25,325 bases of DNA, taken from NCBI GenBank assembly GCA_033764955.1, contig JANRIL010000035.1, forward strand, positions 1-25,325, written 5' to 3'. Origin of the DNA: Cyanobacteriota bacterium (GTDB lineage: Bacteria; Cyanobacteriota; Cyanobacteriia; Thermostichales; Thermostichaceae). Below are positions 10,624 through 18,273 of this stretch, piece by piece (within the stretch, counting starts at the first letter, position 1; every line of letters begins with the position of its first letter). The notes under the pieces are model-generated. The model did no database searches, was not told the origin of the DNA, and saw only the letters and a program-made list of their open reading frames with translations. A program made the translations under genes and the position numbers.

Positions 10624-11118
10624 GTGAGCAATCCCGATGTAGTGGTTTTTTCTATGGTTGCGGGTGTATCGAGTGGGTTAAATACCTCCTTTCAAGTCAC
10701 GCTGGCTCCCTTATCGGTAAAGGCAGTCTATGATTTGGCTACGGATCCCGCCCATGGAGCGGTTGTGGTGATGACGGGCACCGTACGCCATCAAACGGAG
10801 GGTAGAGCGGTTGCCTATCTGGAATATCAAGCCTACGAACCGATGGCACTACAAGTTTTTCGACAAATTAGCCAGGATATTCAGCAGCGTTGGCCTGAGG
10901 CTGGCTCGGTTGTGATTCATCATCGGGTGGGCAAGCTAACCATCAACGAGATCAGCGTGGTAGTGGCGGTTGGAATGCCCCACCGAGCCGAGGCTTTCGC
11001 CGCCTGTCAATATGCCATCGATACCCTCAAACACAATGCACCCATCTGGAAGAAAGAGCATTGGCAGGATGGGGCTAGCGAGTGGGTGAGCATCGGCAGT
11101 TGTGAAACCCTCGCTTAG
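10624..11118 (+). CDS. moaE: Molybdopterin synthase catalytic subunit (exact start uncertain)
   Basis: GAVVVMTGTVR, LEYQAY, HRVG, HRAEAF and PIWKKE motifs. Confidence 0.92.
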   Translation: MSNPDVVVFSMVAGVSSGLNTSFQVTLAPLSVKAVYDLATDPAHGAVVVMTGTVRHQTEGRAVAYLEYQAYEPMALQVFRQISQDIQQRWPEAGSVVIHHRVGKLTINEISVVVAVGMPHRAEAFAACQYAIDTLKHNAPIWKKEHWQDGASEWVSIGSCETLA

Positions 11119-11133
11119 TTACTCGCTTAGTTA
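11110..11133. repeat. 12-bp tandem duplication CTCGCTTAGTTA x2 spanning the moaE stop
   Basis: Read directly at 11110-11121 and 11122-11133. Confidence 0.9.
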
Positions 11134-11169
11134 TTTGTAAGCACCCCCCCGACTGGATGTGCTGAGCTG

Positions 11170-11619
11170 CTAACTTTCTGGGGGATGCCATCCGGCGAGA
11201 ACCCAAAAGCGGCGTACTTCTAAAGCATCCGGATCCGTGTCGAGATGCAATACAGCAACCGTGGCTCGACCCATAGCGGTTTTGCCAACAATGCGGATCC
11301 CATCTTCCGACCACGTAAAGTGATCTGCCCACACTTGGGTACGGGGATTGAAGAGAGAAACGGTTTCGCCAGTGTGCGGATCCGGTGCTGTGGTCTTGTC
11401 GCTTTTGTAGCGGTTGCAGATGGGGCAAGCCAACCACAAGTTGGATTCGTCGCTGGTACTCCCTTTGGACAGGGGGATAATGTGTTCAATTTCCAAACGC
11501 GCCATCACCAGATGCTGAGGGCTTAAACAGAAGCCACAACGGTTCTGAGCAGCAGTACGAACTTTCCAGTCAACCTCTGCAGGGATGTAGCGTGTCAGGA
11601 CATCAAGTCCGGTTGTCAT
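11170..11619 (-). CDS. HNH endonuclease (start uncertain, ATG 11619 used)
   Basis: CGFC...EIEHIIP...NLWLACPICN...LFNPR...GRAT...GWHPP, a complete zinc-binding HNH. Confidence 0.85.
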   Translation of the reverse strand: MTTGLDVLTRYIPAEVDWKVRTAAQNRCGFCLSPQHLVMARLEIEHIIPLSKGSTSDESNLWLACPICNRYKSDKTTAPDPHTGETVSLFNPRTQVWADHFTWSEDGIRIVGKTAMGRATVAVLHLDTDPDALEVRRFWVLAGWHPPES

Positions 11620-11776
11620 GAGCAGCATTCCCGATAAACTTCGTACCCAAATCACCCAGCTCGACCAAAATCATTGTGCCTACTGCCAAACCAGCCAAGC
11701 CAACAGTGGGATCCCGTTGACTTGCGACCATATCCTGCCTCGTGTCCAAGGCGGACTCACGATCTTGGAGAATCTC
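11618..11776 (+). pseudogene. Truncated HNH endonuclease (N-terminal half)
   Basis: CAYC...DHILP...ENL, after which homology stops before the second CxxC. The rest of ORF 11618-11869 is unrelated sequence, partly antisense to the integrase C-terminus. Confidence 0.75.
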
Positions 11777-11820
11777 AGACACATACAAGTTTGGTATCGC
11801 CGACTCTGCAAAGACCAGGC

Positions 11821-12309
11821 TCAATACCACTCCGGCATCACTGGCCGACTACTAACCGCTGCTGCATAGTGTTCATAGAGTGTTTGCACATCATGTCCCG
11901 TCATCTGAGCCACCAGGAGCTTCCAAGCAGTGACTGCTCGCTGTATGTCTCGTATTGTAGAGTTTGCGATAAGGCACCTTCACATTCCCCAAAACCGACT
12001 TCCAAGCCCTTCTAGAAAAATTATGGTCATCAATCGCTAATCCGGTGGGGGTGGGGAAGACCAAGGATTCCGGATCAAGATTTTCCCCTCTTCTCACCAT
12101 TAGCATTTCCTGTAACTTGGGAGTCAATTTAACATCTCTAGATTTATTAGTTTTGGTTGCTTTGCTGACTTCTCTTGATATACTTTCACCGATCCAGACT
12201 GAACTGCAATCATGGCTCAAATGTTTCCAGCGTAAGCCGAACGCTTCCCCCGTCCGACACCCCGTACCAAACAGAAACTCCACGAAGTCTGCATAGTGGC
12301 TGTAGTAAA
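11821..12309 (-). pseudogene. Tyrosine integrase C-terminal catalytic fragment, frameshifted
   Basis: YYSHYADFVEFLFGTGCRTGEA...TKT...YNTRHT...SHCLEA, then a frameshift near 11918 to LVAQMTGHDVQTLYEHYAAAVSSRPVMPEWY* (stop 11823-11821), which contains the catalytic His and Tyr. Confidence 0.88.
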
Positions 12310-12597
12310 GGGATCCCTGTGATGGATTGGCAAGGTTTCAACAAGAGTCACATGAGATAACTCTATCCCCAGCAACTCAAATGAATTGGTCTCTAACTCA
12401 CGCAGCAGAAAGGTTGAGGCAGGTTCTCCAAGGTCTAACTTTTTCAACCCAGCTTTGATGGAAATCTCCCAACAAGTTGCAACACTCACCAGTTTTCGGT
12501 TGCTTGGGTTCTCAATCCTCTCCTTGGCAGACGGCAGCAATTTGGGATCATCCGCCAAGAACCAGAGCAGTACATGAGTGTCAAGTAATAGATTCAC
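12310..12597 (-). pseudogene. vapC: VapC/PIN toxin truncated after HHRDPF
   Basis: LLLDTHVLLW...WEISIK...LPIHHRDPF. The expected DRxLxAQ...TxD end is replaced by out-of-frame integrase sequence. Confidence 0.85.
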
Positions 12598-12833
12598 TCC
12601 ATATACTCCTGAAACTCTTCTAGAGGTTGATCGAAATCAGGAGCGATTCGGATCTTTCCCCTGGCACTGCCTGCTTTGCAAGGCCATTGTTGCTTCACCT
12701 CTGTTTGAGGAGAACGAGCCAGTTGCGCTACAGGCAGGCCATTTTCAGTAATAACAACCTCATCCCCCATCGGCAAATTATGAATTAACTCAGGTAGAGT
12801 CGCCTGTGCTTGTTGGATCGTGACCCTTGCCAT
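12594..12833 (-). CDS. Phd/YefM-type (DUF2281-like) antitoxin
   Basis: VTIQQAQATLPELI...EVVIT..G.PVAQL...GSARGKIRIAPDFDQPLEEFQEYME; 4-bp overlap with the PIN gene. Confidence 0.85.
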   Translation of the reverse strand: MARVTIQQAQATLPELIHNLPMGDEVVITENGLPVAQLARSPQTEVKQQWPCKAGSARGKIRIAPDFDQPLEEFQEYME

Positions 12834-12914
12834 ACCCGGATCCCCTTAATAAATGCTGACTAAATGTGCCCACTCCCTAACCTAGCAATTCCATGCCTGA
12901 CAACCATAGATATC

Positions 12915-13517
12915 TCAATGGGATCGAAACGACCAAAGCACCCGCCCCACTACGGCAAAATCCTCAGGTGGGTTCCGTAAATCAATCTGAAACGGTTCAT
13001 AGGCGGGATTATCACTCATAACCTTGAGCTGTTTACCTGGCAGCAGATTCAACCGCTTCACCAACAACGTCTCATCCAACCGCAGCACACTGATTCCCTC
13101 CACCACCTCACGCGGCTTCGTATCCACCAAAATCAGATCCCCAGATCTGAGCGTGGGTTCCATCGACTCCCCCCGCACCGAGATCAGATTCAACCCCTCA
13201 GGGCTGGTGTGACAGTGCAACCGGATCCATCCCTCACTGAAGGCAATCACCTCTTCCGGCTCTGTTATCTCTTCCACAAACGTGCCCAACCCTGCCCCTG
13301 CACTGATGTCAAAAATCGGGATCCGTACCAACCTATCCTCTGATTCTGGCTGAGCCATCTTGCGAAACATCGGCCCCTCACCACTCACCAACCAATCCAC
13401 ACTCACCCCCGAGCAGCGGGCAATCAGCGCCAACCGATCCGCTGTTGGCTGGGATCCGGTCAAATACTTGCGCAAGGTGCTGTCCGGCAGGCCACAGCGC
13501 AAACAGAAAGCAGACAA
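12915..13517 (-). CDS. CI/LexA-like repressor (HTH + S24 peptidase), N-terminus apparently truncated and fused to integrase sequence
   Basis: CGLPDSTLRKYL...GVSVDWLVSGEG HTH; SAG cleavage-site region; GESMEPTL (Ser); LLVKRL (Lys); SDNPAY. The first codons derive from the integrase in another frame. Confidence 0.8.
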   Translation of the reverse strand: MSAFCLRCGLPDSTLRKYLTGSQPTADRLALIARCSGVSVDWLVSGEGPMFRKMAQPESEDRLVRIPIFDISAGAGLGTFVEEITEPEEVIAFSEGWIRLHCHTSPEGLNLISVRGESMEPTLRSGDLILVDTKPREVVEGISVLRLDETLLVKRLNLLPGKQLKVMSDNPAYEPFQIDLRNPPEDFAVVGRVLWSFRSH

Positions 13518-14143
13518 AATCGTAGTAATGGCGGTAGTAACGATGGGTCTGAAAACATCCCAGGATCGCCGTTATTTCAGCCCGTGAGAACGGTTTCACC
13601 TTCTGACAAGGGGCAACTTTGCTCCGCGTCGCCAAACCATCCCAGGGATTGGGGTCAACGATCTGAATATTGCCCCTTGGCCCATTGCCAACAACTGAAC
13701 AACAGCCACAGCCGTTCCTTAGCAGTACGAGGGTTTAACCGTTCCATACATAAAGACGCGAAATCCTCAGCCCGCCGTGATGTCACTTTACTGGCCGAGA
13801 CATTCAACCACTGGGCAAGGGATCCTCCCAGTGGCTTGTATTTTGCCTCAACCGTTGAAGCTGCCAATCCCTTGGATCGTTGTTGGTGCTAAGTGAAGCG
13901 GTGGAACAGTTCTGGGGCTGTGATGTCCGTCCCATTCCGCCCCAACCGTTGCGGCTTGTATTTGAGCAAGGTGGGGTCAAAATAACCCGCCTGGATGCCC
14001 CTCTCGATCTCAGCCGCCCTCATCCTGGCAACCGACATCCCTACAGCATCCGCTTTGACACCACAAGCAAAGCAAAAACGTTTGCCTTGATGCTGCCACC
14101 GTAGGCGTAACCGCCCGTCGTGATTCTCTATCGTGACTTTCAT
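13500..14143 (-). pseudogene. Tyrosine integrase N-terminal and core-binding part with internal stop and frameshift
   Basis: MKVTIENHDGRLRLRWQHQGKRF...FDPTLLKY; TAG at 13891-13889; continues STVEAKY...PRTAKERL; then a frameshift to NPWDGL...KPFSRAEITAIL...RHYYDFVCFLF. Spans ORFs 13889-14278, 13655-13867 and 13378-13635. Confidence 0.88.
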
Positions 14144-14165
14144 CGGGGTAAATTCCGGGGTAAAT
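14144..14165. repeat. Direct repeat CGGGGTAAAT x2 (12-bp period), putative integrase arm-type sites
   Basis: Copies at 14144-14153 and 14156-14165, abutting the integrase ATG. Function is inferred. Confidence 0.6.
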
Positions 14166-14282
14166 GTATAGCCCCAAAAGCCCATAAACGCCCTGGAATT
14201 TCCTCTTAGTTGAGAAGAGCCTAAGCCTTGGGACTGCTGGGGGGATCCCCGCAAGCCTTGAAGGATAAGCTTTCTCAACCAA

Positions 14283-14327
14283 TCGGAGCGAAAGGATTTG
14301 AACCTTCGACCCCCACTACCCCAAAGT
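14283..14327 (-). mobile_element. 3' half of tRNA-Pro(GGG), att core of an integrative element
   Basis: Minus strand reads ACTTTGGGGTAGTGGGGGTCGAAGGTTCAAATCCTTTCGCTCCGA (anticodon loop, T arm, acceptor 3' strand). There is no D arm or 5' acceptor strand upstream, and an integrase is adjacent. Confidence 0.85.
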
Positions 14328-14386
14328 TGTATGCAGATGCCTAGAAATATTTTCAGATAAGCTTCTCATGATGACTGTATTTTATT

Positions 14387-14406
14387 GATACCCAAAGCGA
14401 TACCCA
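14387..14406. repeat. Direct repeat GATACCCA x2 (12-bp period), putative arm-type sites
   Basis: Copies at 14387-14394 and 14399-14406. The TACCC core is inverted relative to the 14144-14165 pair. Confidence 0.5.
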
Positions 14407-14454
14407 TTCAAAGAGATCCCTTAGCAGTAGTTCCAGGCACTATGCCTAAAATTC

Positions 14455-14880
14455 TCAAGAGGGTGGATGCCAGCCACTGTTCGCGCCAGCGGCGACTTGC
14501 CGCATCACCCATCGTATGCAGGCGGCCACGATGATCTCGTGGTTCATGCGTAGGGACTTGACTGTAGCTCGACCTGTTGGGGTTTGGCCTTCTACCCCTG
14601 TCCCGTCAGGGATCCATTGGAATTAGTCGTGCCGCTTGTTGGCGAGGATGAAACAGTGGGTTCGTGACTCCTTTGACGGGATCTAGAGTCTCAGTGGTAT
14701 CGGATTTGTATTCGTTACAGGTGGGGTAGGCCAGACAGAGATTCACCAAGATCGTGAGTTCACCACAGGTACGCGGGAGAATGTGTTTGCCTTTGGCGCA
14801 CCATAGGTGATCTACTGTCAATGGGATCCCACTGTTGGCTTCGTTGATTTGACAGTAGGTGCAGCTCGCAGCATTGCTGT
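14455..14880 (-). pseudogene. HNH endonuclease pseudogene with frameshift, stop and two 24-nt in-frame insertions
   Basis: CTYC...DH[LWCAKGKH]ILP...NLCLAYPTCN...LFHPRQQ, then a frameshift to HD*FQWIPDG...TPTGRATV...RWVM[RQVAAGAN]SGWHPPS* (stop 14457-14455). The 5' boundary is approximate. Confidence 0.8.
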
Positions 14881-15034
14881 TGCAATCAGGCAGTGATACA
14901 ACGGATCCGAGCCCCTGCTTGAAAATCTCTGATTTCACCTATTCTGGCGTTAATCAAATAACATAAACTTGTGATTATGTCAAGAATCAGCCCTAGAAAA
15001 TCTATAGTTTTGAGGCTGTGCGTAGTTTTTGTGA

Positions 15035-15850
15035 TTGAATATCGATAGGATTGATGGCCCTCTTACTCGTCTGATGCAGGATCCTAAGCTGAGATTGGTA
15101 CAAAGTGATAACTCGGCAAGATTGACCATTAATGTTGATGGCCCATACTTGCCACTTGACAAGTTTCGTGCTGCTCTTAATTATTTTTCACAAATTCTTG
15201 TTGATGTGGATAAAGAGACCTCTGAAAATGGTTCTCCCACCATCGAATGGGCAATCACGGATGTCAGGAATGGAAGCTTACATCTTACGGTTGAAGCTAA
15301 TGTCCTCAGCGAAGATATAGAGCTAAAGCGACCATCAGATGTAATCTCGATCTTCAAGAAAGGAATCCAATCTATCCAAGACCAAGGAATCCGACCAGAA
15401 GGATTTTCCAACAAGTCTATTAAGGCAGCAAAGCAGTTTGCGAATATCCTTGATCCGGATAATATTGCAGAGATAGGCTTCAGAAGTAATGGTACTGAGG
15501 TAAAGATTCAACCTCAGCTTTTTGCCAATGCCACACAAATTATTAGCAATCACTATAAGTACTTCGGCTCTGTCGAAGGTACGCTAGTTTCAATCAGTGT
15601 TGCGAAAAGACGACAATTTGGTATTAGGGTTTCTTCCCAAAACAAGATCATTAAATGTTTCTTTCAACATGATATGCAGGAAGAGGCTAAAAACTATCTA
15701 GAGAAACGGGTTTACGTATATGGCTTGATTCGCCAGCTTCTACATGGTGATAAAGTTAATGTTGAGGTGCAAGAGATCAAGAGACTTCCTGATTGGAGTG
15801 AGGCTGTTTCGGCTGAAGCATTACTTCGAATGATCAGAGGTGAGTCTTGA
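15035..15850 (+). CDS. Hypothetical protein, putative large antitoxin/partner of the downstream PIN gene (start TTG 15035 or ATG 15074)
   Basis: Intact AT-rich ORF with a 4-bp overlap (TTGA) with the PIN gene. The C-terminal beta-rich region suggests an OB fold (inferred). Confidence 0.8.
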   Translation: MNIDRIDGPLTRLMQDPKLRLVQSDNSARLTINVDGPYLPLDKFRAALNYFSQILVDVDKETSENGSPTIEWAITDVRNGSLHLTVEANVLSEDIELKRPSDVISIFKKGIQSIQDQGIRPEGFSNKSIKAAKQFANILDPDNIAEIGFRSNGTEVKIQPQLFANATQIISNHYKYFGSVEGTLVSISVAKRRQFGIRVSSQNKIIKCFFQHDMQEEAKNYLEKRVYVYGLIRQLLHGDKVNVEVQEIKRLPDWSEAVSAEALLRMIRGES

Positions 15851-16344
15851 TAACAGAGGTGCATTATTTAGATGCTTGTGTGTTTTTGGGCTATCTTAAC
15901 TCAGATAGTGAACCAAACAATGCAAGAGAGTGTAAGCTGATCATAAAGGCAGCAGAAGAACAAAAAATTAAGGTTGTGACTTCTGCATTTTCTGAATCAG
16001 AAGTTTTTGGCATCAAAGATCCTAAAAATCCACCAAATAAGCTCGATGCTATTCTGTCAGAACCTATAATTAAGAGTTTATTTGAAATGCCTTGGTTAGA
16101 TCTTGCTTCTTATGATCGAGAAATTGCTGAGATTAGTAGGTATGTATCAAGAACATATGGAGTTAAGCCTGTAGATGCTACCCATATTGCAACTGCCATA
16201 AGGATGAAAGTTGATTTTTTTGATACTGTTGATGATGCCTTACTAAGGAAGTTTCCCGAAAAGGTTAGCTATCCACCCTTGTATCCAAAAGTAATAGTTC
16301 TTCAGCGACCATTTATTGATAATTATAATCCTTTGTTTTTATAG
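15847..16344 (+). CDS. PIN-domain (VapC-like) nuclease
   Basis: YLDACVF, SESEV, DATHIATA and DTVDDAL supply the acidic PIN tetrad. Confidence 0.85.
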   Translation: MITEVHYLDACVFLGYLNSDSEPNNARECKLIIKAAEEQKIKVVTSAFSESEVFGIKDPKNPPNKLDAILSEPIIKSLFEMPWLDLASYDREIAEISRYVSRTYGVKPVDATHIATAIRMKVDFFDTVDDALLRKFPEKVSYPPLYPKVIVLQRPFIDNYNPLFL

Positions 16345-16620
16345 ATTCTAAATGGCTAGGTTTTTCACTTAAAAGATCCCAGGTGGATTACTTGATGTGG
16401 ATGTGAGTTTCACTGGGGAGCAGGTGGACACTTGACACACTCACGCATTTTACTAGGCAACCGGATCCCACCTATATCAGCCTTGAACACAGGATAGTAG
16501 ATCTACTCATGTTGCTCCTTGCAGGAGAATCCTGGCTAAAAAGCTTGTCTGTGAGTCAGGGTGGCCTATATTGAGCTAAGTAAGGGTAACAAACCATTGT
16601 CTGTACTTGGCTTCACGCTG

Positions 16621-18273
16621 ATGGATCCGCAAGAAGATCAGTTTCTTAAAGACCTGGATAAACGGCTCTGGACAGCTGCCGATAAGCTGCGGGCGAATGT
16701 GGATGCGGCAGTTTATAAGCATGTGGTGTTGGGGCTGATCTTTCTCAAGTACGTTTCGGATGCTTTCAACGAGCGGCGGATGGAGCTGGAGCGTCAGTTT
16801 CGGGATCCTGAGGATGAGTATTACCTGGGTGACGATGAGGGGTTGATTGCGGGGGAGTTGGAAACACGCGATTACTACACCGAGAAGAATGTGTTTTGGG
16901 TACCTGCTCTGGCTCGGTGGGAGACGCTGCAAAACAATGCGAAGCTTCCACCTGGCACGGTCATCGAAATCAAGAATGGTAAGACGGATGCCTACGAGAT
17001 GAAGGGGATCGGTCGGTTGCTGGATGATGCGCTGGAAGCGGTGGAGAAAGATAATCCCAAACTGAAAAATGTGCTGAGTAAGGATTACGCTCGGCTGCAA
17101 GTGGATCCGGCGAAACTGAGTGGGTTAATTGATTTGATTGCTACGGTGCCTTTTACGCATGAGTCCCTTAAGGCTAAAGATATTTTGGGTCATGTGTATG
17201 AGTATTTTTTGGGTGAGTTTGCCAGTGCGGAAGGGAAGAAGGGCGGGCAGTATTACACTCCTAAGGCCATTGTCGGTTTGATCGTGGAGATGTTGGAGCC
17301 GTTTCAAGGACGGGTGTATGACCCTTGCTGTGGATCCGGTGGATTTTTTGTGCAGTCGGAGCGGTTTATTGAGGAACACGCGGATCAGCAGCATTACAAG
17401 CCTGAGGAGCAAAAGCGGAAAATCTCGATCTATGGGCAGGAGTCCAACCCGACAACTTGGCGACTTTCAGTGATGAATTTAGCGATCCGTGGGCTTGATT
17501 ATGATCTGGGCAAGGAACCTGCGGATACGTTTAGTCGGGATCAGCATCCTGATTTACGGGCAGATTTCATTATGGCGAATCCCCCTTTTAATATGGATGA
17601 ATGGGGTGGCAAACAGGATGATCCTCGCTGGAAGTATGGGATCCCGCCTATGCGGAATGCCAACTTTGCCTGGATGCAGCACATGATCTACCATCTGGCT
17701 CCGAATGGGAGTATGGGGCTTTTGCTGTCGAATGGCTCGATGAGTTCTAACACGAATAATGAGGGGGAGATCCGTAAGGCGATTATTGAGGCGGATCTGG
17801 TGGAGTGTATGGTGGCGTTGCCAGGTCAGCTTTTTACGAATACGCAAATTCCAGCTTGTATTTGGTTCCTCTCTCGCAACAAGGCGGCGCGGAATGGGTG
17901 GCGAGATAGGCGTGAGGAAGTTTTGTTTATTGATGCCCGCGATGTCGGCTATATGAAGGAGCGGGTGTTGCGAGACTTTAAACCAAAAGATATCCGGCGG
18001 ATTGCGGACACATTCCATGCTTGGAAACGGGAGCAGGGCTATGAAGATGTGCCTGGTTTCTGTAAGAGTTCGACAGTGGCTGATATTCGCAGCAAAGATT
18101 ATGTGTTGACCCCAGGGCGATATGTGGGGGCGGCGGCTCAAGAAGAAGATGGGGAGCCTTTCGAGGAAAAAATGGCTCGGTTGACGGCTGAGTTGAAACA
18201 ACAGTTTGAGGAAGGGGCGCGGTTGGAGCAGGTGATCCGGCAGAACTTGCGAGGGATCGGGTATGACCTCTGA
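16621..18273 (+). CDS. hsdM: Type I R-M methyltransferase subunit (likely start ATG 16621; ORF open from 16561)
   Basis: LWTAADKLR, GQYYTP, DPCCGSGGF (motif I), NPPF (motif IV) and LTPGRYVG. Confidence 0.96.
   Translation: MDPQEDQFLKDLDKRLWTAADKLRANVDAAVYKHVVLGLIFLKYVSDAFNERRMELERQFRDPEDEYYLGDDEGLIAGELETRDYYTEKNVFWVPALARWETLQNNAKLPPGTVIEIKNGKTDAYEMKGIGRLLDDALEAVEKDNPKLKNVLSKDYARLQVDPAKLSGLIDLIATVPFTHESLKAKDILGHVYEYFLGEFASAEGKKGGQYYTPKAIVGLIVEMLEPFQGRVYDPCCGSGGFFVQSERFIEEHADQQHYKPEEQKRKISIYGQESNPTTWRLSVMNLAIRGLDYDLGKEPADTFSRDQHPDLRADFIMANPPFNMDEWGGKQDDPRWKYGIPPMRNANFAWMQHMIYHLAPNGSMGLLLSNGSMSSNTNNEGEIRKAIIEADLVECMVALPGQLFTNTQIPACIWFLSRNKAARNGWRDRREEVLFIDARDVGYMKERVLRDFKPKDIRRIADTFHAWKREQGYEDVPGFCKSSTVADIRSKDYVLTPGRYVGAAAQEEDGEPFEEKMARLTAELKQQFEEGARLEQVIRQNLRGIGYDL

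Noticed and set aside
14144..14278. 45-aa N-terminal extension of the integrase ORF
   Set aside because: It runs through the att arm and repeats; integrase similarity begins at ATG 14143.
14283..14360. Complete tRNA-Pro gene
   Set aside because: No D arm or 5' acceptor strand; similarity stops in the anticodon stem.
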